Assembly (NCBI GenBank): GCA_002633005.1
Contig: NMRA01000170.1
Coordinates: 627,007 to 691,006 of the forward strand
Reading direction: 5' to 3'
Origin: Phoronis australis
Lineage: Eukaryota > Animalia > Phoronida
DNA length: 64,000 nt
Both the position numbers and the translations under genes were made by a program. The notes beneath the pieces were generated by a model, which saw nothing but the letters and a program-made list of their open reading frames with translations, was not told the origin of the DNA and ran no database searches. This document shows positions 40,801 to 54,702 of the stretch, in pieces (the first letter of the stretch is position 1; the number at the start of each line of letters is the position of its first letter).

Positions 40801-42518
40801 ACCAAGTCTGTCGAGATGAATGTTTACGCATCATCTGAAGTCATCTGTTTAGAACGCCATGCCTGTGCTGCACATGCGGTTTGCCTGGCAGTGTCACAGT
40901 TAAATTAACCGAAAGTAGCGAAAGCAGAAGCCAAAGTTTGGTTGGATTCTTCATTCCTCACTGATGATTTCGTTCACTTTTCTTCATTACACTGAACTTC
41001 TGTTTTATTCATACCTGAGGTCATGCCAAAACATATGGCCAAAACTGTCTTTACATTGGTGTTAGGCTGTGGAATTTACTCCTAATGTACACAGCATAAA
41101 TGATTTAAATGCCTTTGTAAGACATATTAACATTTTTGATGACTCACCTGAATGTCAGTTTTGATTATAATTGTAACGTTTTTGTCCAAGAAAGTTATCG
41201 ATTTGTTTATCTCATGTTTGTCTATCTGCATATATAGTTCTCTTATATAGGACTGCTGTATAATTCTTCAGAATTTCTGTCGGAAACTTGCACAGTTGCT
41301 AATGTTTGTGAACCATGCGGATATGAAATAAAACCTTAACTTACTTGCATTATCTCCCTAGTCTTCCTCAATATCTAGTTAGTTACTTATTCGTGTATCT
41401 ATTGATGCTATCTGTCTTTTGTTCATTAGTATTATATTGGCTATTTTGTTTTAAGTTTAGGTTTATGCCATTATGCTCACTTTACATGAGTAGTTGTTGT
41501 TTAGTGTTCAGACTTTTCATTGTGGCCTTGTAATTTTTAATTGTTACTCATACTCCAAGGTTGTGTTCAAGTGTTTCCTTTGTCAGTGGGTTGTAACAAC
41601 TGCATAGCTTGTGTTACAGGTTCCTTCTTGTTGACTAATGTTCAATAATGTCTACTCCACTCTACTCTAAGTTTACTGCCAGTTCTAGTATAGGGCTTGA
41701 AACATTTAAAATAATGATTCGATTTCCTGGTTAAGCATTTTAATTTTATTTGAAGTAGTTACGCCTAAAAAGACACAATTGCTTCTTTATTTTTTCAAAT
41801 TGACACGGTGATGCGGTATTTTTTAATTGCCAACATCTTCAAAAAGTCGCCTGATGCCACCTGGAATTGGTAGGGAACTGTTTACCCAGCGCCACCTGAT
41901 GTCAGCTTTGAGGCGACAGTTCCATAATGTGATGGAGCAGACGAGAACAAATTATCCTATTTTTGGCTTGATAATTAATGGTTCTTAAGCAATTAAAAAA
42001 ATTTTCCTTTAATATACTTACAGAAATGAAATTCAAACGGTTTTCTGTTCAGTCGAATAGAAGACTAATAGTTTCTGTCGCACAAAAATGCAATTATCTT
42101 TCATAAATGTGATCATTTGAAGTTGATAGTAATCAATGGTAAATCCATACATTCTTGTTGTTGACCAGACAGTCGTTAAGAAACCGACGATCAATTTCCC
42201 ATTGGTTTTGAAATCTTGTTTGGAACGACATTGATTATGCGTTAGCAGACATCTCGCGTCATCGTAAAGAATCTGGCATGCCTTGCCAAATACAGGTCAG
42301 ACGCAGCACCTAAGGCGGGGGTGGGCAACCATTCAGGCGCCCCTTTCTCGACGTTTATTTCGTGTCTTTTGGCTTTGGGCTAATAGTCTGCCCTCGAGGA
42401 GGATAGGGATTTCTGTCTTTCGGCTTCAATTGTGCAACTGTAAGTCTTAACTTGATATCGTGAAAGAGGCCAAGCCAGCCTCAAGGTCAAACTAGAGTGT
42501 TGGCGTGGAAGTGCAAGT

Positions 42519-43321
<803 letters not shown>

Positions 43322-43697
43322 TAGGGAAATGTGTCCCAGACCAATTTTGTCTGAAGGTAGAGACATAAACTTAGTATTTTTCTCCCGTTCGGCAAGTTTA
43401 TCGATGACATTGTTACAAGGAAGTTCTCATGATAACCCATCGGTGTAACATTTTACTCCGTGTGAAGCCGCGGACCAACACAGTGTTTGACTAATAATCA
43501 CTTGGTTGTTTGCAAAATCTCGTGTATTGGACATTTATAATGCGCTAGGCAGATACTAACTTGAAAGACTCATTTATGATGTGTCTGGTTTAATAGTTGA
43601 GTGTCTTGCAGTTGGAACAAAACTTTCGGATTATCAAAACGAGAGGTAGAGCCCCGACGCTTGCGTTGTTGTACAATAATTTTGTCTTTATTTTCAG

Positions 43698-43723
43698 CGA
43701 TAGAGCAAGAGAAGAGCAGCTAG
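43698..43723 (+). CDS. TMSB4: Beta-thymosin coding exon 2
   Basis: Acceptor ttattttcag. Translates (T)IEQEKSS followed by TAG, completing a 41-aa peptide. Confidence 0.95.
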
Positions 43724-46700
43724 GTGGGGAGACGAGCGCTCAGCATTATATTACTCGTTATTCTATAGAGCTTAACCAAACTACTCATGTGGACATTCCA
43801 ATCTTGATAGATACAGTGGACCGACCATGTTTCTCAAATCGTGTTACTTCACTTGCCAACTTCGTCATCTTTTTGGACACTGGTATAAATCGGTCGTTGT
43901 TCTACGATGAGGAAAGTACTTCACTTCAGTAAAGGAGGCACCTTTTAAATTAAAATTAACTGCAGTAAACCTCTTGTTTGAATAAGTTTGTTTGTATGGT
44001 TGATGTTTGGCATTTCTTACTGGACTCCACATCATGTATTCTGTGTATTATATAGTGCATTGCACGCTGAATGTCTAACAAAAGTTTGTAGGGAGAACTA
44101 CGTAGTTATTTCTTCGGTGACTTTGTAACGTTAACAATTTCTCTTAAAATTAAAACAAAGTTAAAATAGAATTCCTGAATTACTTCTCAACCTTCACATG
44201 ATTGCACGTGGCTCCTTAAACCCTTACTCTAACACTGCAACTTTGATTTCCGGTATGACAGTTCTGTGGAACGTTTTGGACATCTAAAAGTAAATTCAAA
44301 TATAGGAACAAATGAAACCGGTGATGCCCCAGTATTTGTTCCCTCTATCGCGCAGAAAAATATTTATTTATTTCCATTGTACTCTATTGAAAAGAAGACT
44401 GTCGTGTACCTTCACAAAAACAATATAGATTAACAAATGAAATGGATTACTAGACTTTTTCTTTTAACGGAGGAAAGAAATATTTTACAATCCCCGAATA
44501 ACTGGCCTAAAACCTGAATAGAGAAAGAAATTAAAATGCAGTTACAAGTAACCAATGCGTCCAACACAATGGGCTACAGGTAGAATTGATGAAATCATCT
44601 CAGCTCCAGGATTGTCCCAACGCGTACTGGTACACGAGCTTCATAATCCGATCCCATTCATTTTTCTCGTTTTATGAAGTTGGCTGTGGCCATCTCGCAA
44701 ATTCTTTTCCGATGGCCCAATGAAAGGGAAGACAAGTTGCGGAATAGAATAAACATCGATTTTATACCTATTAGTGGATTGTTTTAACAGGGCGTAATGT
44801 AACTGAGCTAAAATTGAAATTTACTTTACGTGAACTTGTGCCGCACAGCTGAAACACTAACTATAAAAGGCAAGTAACCGAGTACGACAGGGAAAGGCAG
44901 GCCAGCTGGTAAAAGTAAAATCTAGTGCACTTATTCGCACTCCATAAAGCAGCACTCACGACTGGTGTAATTATTTATCACAAATTGGCTAACGTTTACA
45001 CACACAATGACTTATTTGTGACTGATCGCCCACGTCAAAACCTCAATAAACTAGTTTGAGCAACCGCTGACTTACAACTGTGTACTCAACACTGGTTCTA
45101 TATCATTATTTTATTGGAACTCCGCTCAGTCATGCTAAGCACACAGACGGGCGTAGAGCTCACTGACGTGTAAACCGCGTTCGTAGCAATCGGCACAAGG
45201 GTGACACGGTTACGAGAGTGGCTTGTTGCCAGGTGACACCAATATCAATTTTTATTGCTTACTGGTAATATGGTGAAGTACTAAATTCACCTCACCCGAA
45301 TGCTGTCAGTTTTTCGCTTGCTAGGTATAACAAATCAATCGCGAGGCAAACTTGCGGTTAACTTGATCTCAGACATGAGCTAATGAGTAATGAATTGAGT
45401 TTGTTTGCATTCGCGCCGTAGCTCTCCGTCTGCGCTGGTCCTTGCCAAAGACGATCCCACCGGAGATGGTACGCGTGGTGAAGTCGCGGGAATGGGTTTA
45501 AGGAATGATCAATACAACCTCGTCACGGTTATGATTTACAAAAAGTAAAACAAATAGCCTTTGTATGTTATCGTTTTTCCAATATCGGAGTTTTGGCATT
45601 AGCAATGTACTAGGCCTATAACACAAAAAATACGTCAACGTATAACATATCGACTGGTCACACCTTTATTAAGAAGACAAAAAACGCAAAGAAAAAGTGC
45701 ACACGAAATGTAATCGATATATTCAGCGTTATTCAACAAAAGTAGAGAAGGCATGGTTTCACGAACACACTGTCAATATTGAAGGGCCAAAGAGTTCATA
45801 GACTAGTACCTTTCTGAGCGCAAACCCTTGCATTTCACCTCAGAACAAGGATGTCACGGTACGCGATCCACACCGGTGCGCGTATAGTCCATTGTCTAAA
45901 AAACTTCGTTTGGCACTAGCCTATTTCAAATTGTTGATTTATACCAAGCGAGCATGTTAACGAATACGCTACTGAATGTGAGGAACAAATAAGTTCAAAA
46001 TGTAATATACATAGAAATTGAATTAATTTTGACTTTTGCACCGCAGAGACGGCATTCATTCAGAGCTGTTCGTTTTAGATGACTAGACAATCGGTGGCAC
46101 ACAATCCTAACCCTACATTCCAATATTGGGAAGCCTTACTGACCATTACATCCTATTCATTGATTGGATATAATTCAGCGCATGTACTGTCATATCATAT
46201 ACGCACTGTGTCGCGTGGTGTAACATCTCCATCCTATGTTGAAGTGATGAACTTTTGTGCGCGTGCAATAATCAATTCTGCGCGTTCAACACTTGAACAC
46301 ACAGAAAGGAACTCGTTTAAGCAATCTTTGGCTCTTCATACGTCAAGGAAAACTCTGTCCACTAATCAAAATAATACAAGGAGTACACCTACGGAATTCT
46401 CATGCCCGATCTATGGCACATTCACTGATTAAAAAATAGTATACGGGAAAGAAACAGCCAGTCTGCTGTTTCAGGCTCGGAGACATAAGAGGGTGGTTTT
46501 ATCCTTCAATCCCATACGGGAGTCGAAGCGACTGTCGTTCTGGTACGGTACCGGAGATATCAAATGGCGGTACATTTCAAAGGAGTGAAGCGGGAACAGG
46601 GAATACCCACCCGTTCACAAGATGGACTCGAAAAAAGTGACCCTTTTGTTTGGAACTTTCATTTTATTCGTTACAGAAGCACCACCCTTATGTAACCGTT

Positions 46701-48972
46701 GACTTCATAACCTTGACCCATTTGTAAGGAGTCTTAGACAATTAACTGACTAATTAACCCTTTAATTCCCTAGCAGTAAGAGAAGACATGATGTCAAAAA
46801 CAGCACATTTTGGTAACATTAGTTTTGTAAATAAAGGCAATATTTAAAACATTTCTATAGATTTGTGTACAAGTACAAATGAACCTTTTGTATAGCATGT
46901 GAACCATTTGTCACAATTCCCCAAGGAAATTGGTTGTGAAAGTCACTCACCTGTCACCTCTTTTAGACTTCTTCTATGGGGAGTACACCCTGGGTTTTCA
47001 GCCACCACATATTTACACATAGTACACCAACATGAAAACTCCCAAGAGCAAAAGCACAGGGATTAAAGTCTAAATAGAGCCATTTCAAAACTAATCGCAT
47101 TTAGGAGAGATTCATTCAAGCTACTACAAACCATACTCTGGTGACAAAAACATCAACTTTCTCCATAAGCCAATTAGCGCTGCCAAACCATCGTCACTGC
47201 ATTCTTATCCTTTGACTAAAAAATAGCCAGAAATTCCCTGACAGACATAATGCCTTGGCCACAGGAACTTCCCTGATAAGCAGCTTAGTTGTTGTGGTCT
47301 ATGGCAATGAAAACCTGTCATTTCTTCTTAAGTCTGAAAATCATTTCCAATTTTAGCTGGGAGCTGGATGAGACTGATTTCATAACAGCAAGTGGCCTAA
47401 ATCAAAAGTTGAATTCTGACAAAAAGTGCGGGTTTAACCCCTTTAAAATCAAAAAAACAATGGCAAAATTGAACAAAAATAAAGTTAGTCTGTCAGCTGC
47501 ACTGGAATGCAAACATAATTTGATGGTAACAACAATGACAATTATTTCAGCAGGCAATATATACCTAATTAACATGATTTTTTTTCAATCTGCCTCACAT
47601 ATGAACACTTAAAAGAAAAGAATTGAAAATTTTCCATCTAATTATTCGGGCGCATAACTTTTGCATTACTTGGGAAAAAGTTCTTCTGCAGAAGCAGCCA
47701 TTGCTTCACATTAAAGTACTTTTAAAGCACATAACAATATAGGGCACTAGACAAGCACACAAAATAAAACTAATCACATTATCAAAATATAAAAATCATT
47801 AACTCAAAACCAACAGCACTCTATGAACAAGACTTTCACCCATATTCCACTTAGCAGTTCGGGGGCAAAACACTGGCTAACACTCCAGCTCAAAATCCTG
47901 AATCCGCTCCTGTATAGAGCCGAAACTGAAAACACTTGGTGAAGAATTCGCAACAGTGCATGGCCACTGACTTCTAAATCAGATAATCCTTGTATCTAGG
48001 CCATCCTTGGGCTAAAAGAAACCTTAACCAAGAAGGAACTGACCGGTAAAGGAAATGAGAGTTGAGACATTTACGAGGAGAATGCAGTTAAGCAGGGACA
48101 AGATATAAGGATACATGGTGTCAACACATGTTGCAAACAAAAAAACCTTGGGATTTTATCAGTAAACCAGTCAAGTCATCTGCAGTCACAAGAGGCCTCT
48201 CGAGTTTTCAAGGCCAGTGATCATTCTCAAGGCAATGTGATCACTCTCCAAATCTAATCATTTGAACTTCAATAACATCTGTTCACAAGCTATATTTGGC
48301 AAAACTGACACACGGCAGCGTGAAACACAAAGCCACCTGCTTCCAGGCCTTAATTCTAGTAATTAGTTTCAAGTAATTAGTTCTGTGTACTTGCACAACC
48401 ATCAGTTTTCGCAATGCTTCTTACTTGGGTGTTTCCAATTACTAAACAAATATTCAACACTGTAATGAAGCTCTCTATAGTTATTCCAAAATATTACACA
48501 TTGCTTATTACCTGAAAAAAACTAACACTGACAATATTTTACTTTATTACAAGCATGGCGTGTGCTGAAGAACATAAAGCAACACTTGGGCTCCAGACTC
48601 GACTGGAAAATTGGACAAGCACATGGTAAGAAATTTGAAAGATTACTCCCCAAGCATGAAAATTGTTAAGTGAATTTCAGTTTGAGTCGAGTCTGGACTA
48701 AAATTTCATTGCTTTGGTAAGTATAACCTAGCCCGAGTACTAGTGCCACCTATTGACCAGGGAGTACAGCCTATGAAGCAACAACTGGAAAGGTGTACTC
48801 CACATATGATTTTCCCTCAACAATACAAGTAAACACATGACAAAACTACAAACAAACAAGACTCTCTATCATCTCTTTAATAGAGAATATCTATATACAA
48901 AAATGAAAAACAAAGATATGATAATTATCATATTCCATATATCTAAGCACAGATATCTTGTATTACTACATG

Positions 48973-49404
48973 TTAGACCTGCTCAGAGCGTGTCACTTTG
49001 ACTTCCATGCCATCACAGAATTTAGGTGTAAATGGAATACAGTTGAAGTAGTGACAATTTGGGCACTCATAGATTGGGAGGACGTAGAAAAAGATAAAAA
49101 GGAGTAGCAGCAGTATCACCACGGTGATGGAGCAGACAATGATTCCTATCAACTTCCTCTTCCTGTCTGGCTCCCCAAATGTAACGTAGGGAAGTAAGAC
49201 AAAAGCCAGAAGGATGCCGAACACGAACCCAATCAAATGTGCATAGTTATCAATCCATGGAAGAAGACCGAGTATAAAGAGGGCCAAAGTGACACCTCCC
49301 AGCTTGAGTAGGGCAAAGTGGGGTTTCTTGAGCATCGGCCAGCTCTGGATGACTTCAACAAAGAGGCAGGCCAAGATACCAAACTGAGCACCAGCAGGCC
49401 CCGC
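48973..49404 (-). CDS. RHBDF1: iRhom terminal coding exon
   Basis: Translates AGPAGAQFGILACLFVE...LLPWIDNYAHLIGF...CPNCHYFNCIPFTPKFC...EQV followed by TAA. GPAG replaces the catalytic GxSG, the iRhom hallmark. Confidence 0.96.
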   Translation of the reverse strand, partial: AGPAGAQFGILACLFVEVIQSWPMLKKPHFALLKLGGVTLALFILGLLPWIDNYAHLIGFVFGILLAFVLLPYVTFGEPDRKRKLIGIIVCSITVVILLLLLFIFFYVLPIYECPNCHYFNCIPFTPKFCDGMEVKVTRSEQV

Positions 49405-50294
49405 CTACAACGAGAATGAATCAAGGGTAATTTGGGTTAGTGACATGGCTGAAGGAAAACACAAACAACTTGTCCGGGGGAGAGGGGTTCATATGCTAAA
49501 AGTTCACAAACGACCTCATGTATCAATAGTTTTGGACACTGTCATCATTTTACAATTTCTAAAGAGACCTGTGAACGTTAAAAAGGTCTTTGCCACCTGT
49601 TTACTTTCACAAGGATTAAATACAGACATTGTTTTAAAAGCTCATGAAAACCATTTTGTCCAAAAAACTATCCTCAACAATGAGCAACTGTCAAACTGTG
49701 GTACTGTAAATACCTGATAACATGTTCATTAGATACTGTCGGGCGGTGAATGTCTGACAATGCAGAATTACACAGCGATAGAACTCTGACTCCTTTGTCC
49801 CAGAGATAAGAAAGTGCATGACCTCACTTTGGAAATCAGGCACATTTTTGTCTCTCTCATTGATGTCGGGGAGGCAAAGAGTTTAAGACCATGCTTGAAC
49901 CCGTATTTGTCCAGTTTATCAAACTTTCTCACATAGGAGTTGCAGCCCACAGCACGGCAATATGAATATTGACATTGGAAGGACAAATAGAGTGATGCAA
50001 CCAAAAAAAATTTGTAAAGCATCAGACAACGACAAATAACATATGAAACTCCAGTGCCATGAAAACGAGAAAGCAAATGTGCCTGACGGATGCTTACAAA
50101 GTTGTGGGTAAATATAGCCAAATGAAATTCGAGTTTCCTGTAATCTGGGGACAGCCCTATTAGGCACTGCCAGGGACAAACATGTCTAACAATACAATGA
50201 TAACTGTAAGCAATGTTGGGTGGTGAACATGTCCCAAAATACAATGATAAGCCACTGTACGGTTGTGAACATGTCAAACAACACAACCTTTAGC

Positions 50295-50769
50295 CAGGTC
50301 TTTATGCAGCGTAGGTCCATTTGGATGCCCTAGCACTAATATGGACGCCCTGGCAAGGACGCCCAATGTATCATTTGGACGCCCACTGTTAATAGGAACC
50401 ATTCAAGTTTGGACACACACATTGCAATGATTACTAGGAAGCCTCTGAAGGGTCACAGTGGGGACTCAAAGCAGGAAGAAATATACAATGTATATACAAA
50501 GTATATACAATGTTGCTATGCTCACACTTGGTTGATAGCATTGTAAAAGTCTTGGTCTACACCAATTTTTTATTAAAAATGCTCACTACAAAAGGCTGTT
50601 TTGTAAACTTATATGTAAAAACCTTGGTCTATGCATTTTTTGTAAAAAAATCTGTGTGTTTGGGGGGATTGCTGGGGGTGGGGGGTTACGCGTCGGAATT
50701 ATGGATGCCCTGGAATATTGGGAACCCCATTTTGGACCCCCTATTTTCGAAATCCTGGATAAAGGTCTG
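50295..50769. mobile_element. hAT-like non-autonomous element with an 8-bp target-site duplication
   Basis: Imperfect TIRs CAGGTCTTTATGCAG / CTGGATAAAGGTCTG. Flanks cctttagc and cgtttagc match 7/8. Subterminal GGACGCC/GGATGCC motifs are repeated. Confidence 0.7.
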
Positions 50770-52257
50770 CGTTTAGCCATTGTCGCCGAGTAAACTAGAG
50801 CATGCTTGACAACATGCAAATCATCCACACTCCAGCAGAGAGCATGCCCAACAATATGTTAAACAGTCAAGTTGGATAACCAACATGTCTGCCAATACAT
50901 TGACTAGATACTGTCAAACTGTGAAATCAAGGTCAGCTGAGCATTCCCTAATGCCAACACAACACCTTTCCTCAATAACATGTCATTAACATTCCCTTTA
51001 AGCTATGCTGCATCACCTCGACTGGTTTCATTCACTTTCTTTCAGGCTCAGCTTCTATTACAAAATAGTGATGCAACATAATTATATTATTAGCCATGCT
51101 GGGAACTACTTTTCAGTGAATAGTTCAAGGCTTGGGCAAAACTCATGCCACAACATGGTCATTGTCCACCACAGAATGGGTGAAGGGAACATCTATAGGA
51201 AATTAGGTTCTCTCACTTAATATTTGAAGATGTCAAGTCACAGCCATCAACACTATTTGAAGTTGCCTGCTGAGAAAAATCTTAGATTCTACTATAGAAA
51301 CAAAACCAAGGAAGTGTCAAGCAGAAACGTATTCATTTACTGCATGAACACAGGTTGGGACCATGTCACAATGATTATTCTCTATCTGATGGTTCTTGCT
51401 GAAGAAAACGCCTTTTTAATTGTATCAGTATTCTTCTGTTAGAATAGAAGCATACTTAATATCAACTTAGCAGTTGTAGTGTGCCATAAATGCTTTGACA
51501 TTTCCTGCTTTTCCATATTGGTTGGTCACATGCTCGTTTGAGGCATTTCAGCAAGAGATTTTTGTTGACAAACTCGCCATTAGTAGACCAATTTTGAAAA
51601 TTCAAAAAAACCAAGTCTAATTTTTACTCATCTATTCAGATTTTATAGTTTCCATGGGTTCCTATGTCCCAAAAAGGAAATGGAAGTGTAGAGCCAGGAT
51701 ACCTTCAAGTGTTCTATCTACATGTGATTTGATAACATAACAGTAATTGCCCTCATCATGTGACTCAGACAATAGAGTGGAATAAACCCCTAATGAGACC
51801 GGAATGTGGATAGAAGGGGCCGGGTCAATCACGTAAGTGACGTAGAAGAAATCTTTTTGGAGGAAATCCAAAGATTTTTCCAAACCGATCCTTATCTTGT
51901 TTAAAGGGGATGTGTACAGCATCAATGCCATTTGTTAAAGTGAGACAAGCCCTAAGCTGTGAAAGGAACCAGTTGAGGCCAGTTTCAGAACAGTAAGTGA
52001 CCTAAGCCAGAAAGAATAATTTTGACAGAAGTATGTCAATAAGTCTGTTATCATATTGAAATCTAAAGATTCTACAAAAAAATATGATAACTAGAATAAT
52101 GTAATGTGGTGAAATCCACCCATGACTGCATCGCAAGCGATATGTTTCTATGGGCCATTGAGACACTACAATACACACCAGAACAACTTTCTGTCAAAGT
52201 CCATCACAAAAACTTTGAAGCCCTTTAGACAATAACCAACAGAAAAGCCATATATTT

Positions 52258-52610
52258 CTGTATCTCAAGTCTGGTGCACTCATGTCATATACCTCAGTGT
52301 TAATTAAGGCTGGTGCACCCCTGTCATATATCTCAGCGTTAATTAAGTCTGGTGCACCTCATTCATATATCTCAGTGTTAATTAAGTCTGGTGCACCCCT
52401 GTCATATATCTCAGCGTTAATTAAGTCTGGTGCACCCCTGTCATACATCTCAATGATAATTAAGTCTGTTGCACCCCTGTCATATATCTCAGCGTTAATT
52501 AAGTCTGTTGCACCCCTGTATTATATCTCAGTGTTAATTAAGTCTGGTACACCCCTGTCATACATCTCAATGATAATTAAGTTAGGTGCACCCGTCACAT
52601 ATCTCAGTGT
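52258..52610. repeat. 39-bp minisatellite, ~9 copies
   Basis: Unit taattaagtctggtgcacccctgtcatatatctcagcgt. Confidence 0.95.
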
Positions 52611-54381
52611 GCAGATGCTTTAAAACTTGTCAACATGTTACTTTTGACAACTGAAGGACAAATAGCATCTTGTTGAAAATTATTAAAGGGTGTCACAGTT
52701 CACAGTTGTCAAATCTGTGCAAAAATTAAGTGGTACTATCACCTTTCAGTTTTTGTGATTCATTAAAATGGATCAAAGCATTACGGCAATAATTAGAAAA
52801 TCCTGTCAAAAAAACTTAATTGCCAAGGGTGGGGGGTTAGTCCAGTAATCAGAAATGGGTAACTAGAAATGTTTGGTGTTTTATGTCTACCTAGCACCCT
52901 TGAAGCATTTTAGCTGGGTTGAAATCGTGGCAACCTTGAGCACTTTTAAATTACGTAAATTAAGGCGCGACTATGCAAAATTTTTTTGCTTATAATTTCC
53001 TAAGTGAGCACTGCAAGTAAATTATTTTGATGTCTTCGTTTAAGTTTCTATAGTGAGTGAATTTAACTGTACTAATTTGGATGTACTGAGAATTTCATAT
53101 AATGCAAATTAAAGCACCTATGATTGCAAATTCTACTTGTATTACTGGTATCAGACACCAAAGGTAAAATTAAACTGATATTTGCACTCATGTTTGTTGT
53201 TTCTAAATGAAATCAGTTTGCAGGTTGTTACATGATAAATATGTGAAATTTCTTCAAATAATGGCCACTATTATTAAAAATTCTATAATTTAAAATTCTC
53301 TTTCTGCTCACGATAACGTCCTTTCGAACTCTATACGTAGATACTGTATTTTGACACCTGCACCCAATATGTGGTCATTTGCAGGTCATTACACCATAAA
53401 TTTGCATAAATCATGTAAATTGAGACCACCAAGACTAGTTTGGCTCATCGGCTTGGTTGCATGTATCTGAATGGTTTGATAAAGTTCAAGAGACTTTTGA
53501 GCGACTGCACCACTGTTACAATTTAAAACTCATTAGTCTCACAAACCTATGTTTTCTAACTCTCAAAACTTGAAACAAAACCAACAATAAAGCTTTTCAT
53601 TGGTTTAAAACTAACAATCCAAACCTGATAACAATTCTTGCGATATTGTACATTCAGCAAGTGGCAAATCAGAGAGCAACCCCGTGACCCAGGTAACACG
53701 TTCCCAACTCATGGAACACACACACACGCACACGCACATAACAAACCCACACATGTGTGTACGTGTGTGCGCTTGTGTGTGTGGGCAAACAAAATGTGAG
53801 GAACACTGCACTAGATTATTGATATATTTATTTATTTGTTTGCGCAGAAGTTTATTTCCTCAACCAACAGCCACAGCAACAGCAGTACTGTGATTAACAT
53901 AAACGCATGAAGTAGCAGAAATCAGATGTTTACTGCAAAATGATACCATTTTCTGGAAAAGTACAGGTGTCCGCTTACTACTCAGTAAATTACTTTTTAC
54001 AGAATACGAGACTCATAAACTTCGGGCAAGAATAACCGAAAATTGATTTTAGCACTTTTGCAACCGTTATGTCTTATGACATGGCTTGTGATAACATATA
54101 ACAGGCACTACATCACAGTGCTGACTGCACATGGGATGATGATATTAATCAGATGTTATCAGCTACGCCGAGATCACATCCTTGCACATAAACTCACAAA
54201 ATACGAGGTAACAGGCAAATGTAACTTCGGGNGAGATATAGAGGCAGATGTCTAACACTTGGACAGAGATGACTGTAATGGTGACCCACAATTGTTCATG
54301 TGAACTCCTAAAGAGGCCAAATTCCTAATATATTATGATTATACCCAGAAAATTGAGATACACATTTGACAAGACACTAAC

Positions 54382-54535
54382 CTCAACATGATATGGCAGG
54401 AAGATGGCGCTGCTAAGATTACCAGCCAATCCACTGCCGAGGTAGATGATTGCAATGCGATGAGCACCAGCCAACTTCTCCACATCTCGCATGATGAAGA
54501 ATTGAAATAACACAGTGATGACTAGGTGGAACAGC
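54382..54535 (-). CDS. RHBDF1: iRhom exon (rhomboid core)
   Basis: Translates [51 protein letters not shown]. Phase 2 to 0. Confidence 0.95.
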
Positions 54536-54702
54536 CTGTAAAATAACGTCCCATTGATTAGGCGTTGTACTATGTGGCCCGCTTGCACAACCAATTTGAT
54601 TAATAAGCTTTTAAAGGAGCAAAAAAGGCTGCCAGGGTCATCCTGGGTGTACCATTTGATACTCCATCAAATCAGATTGTTTATTGAGTTACACTGTATA
54701 TG

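Noticed and set aside
53716-53782. (CA)n...(TG)n hairpin
   Set aside because: Low-complexity microsatellite inversion with no evidence for an RNA gene.
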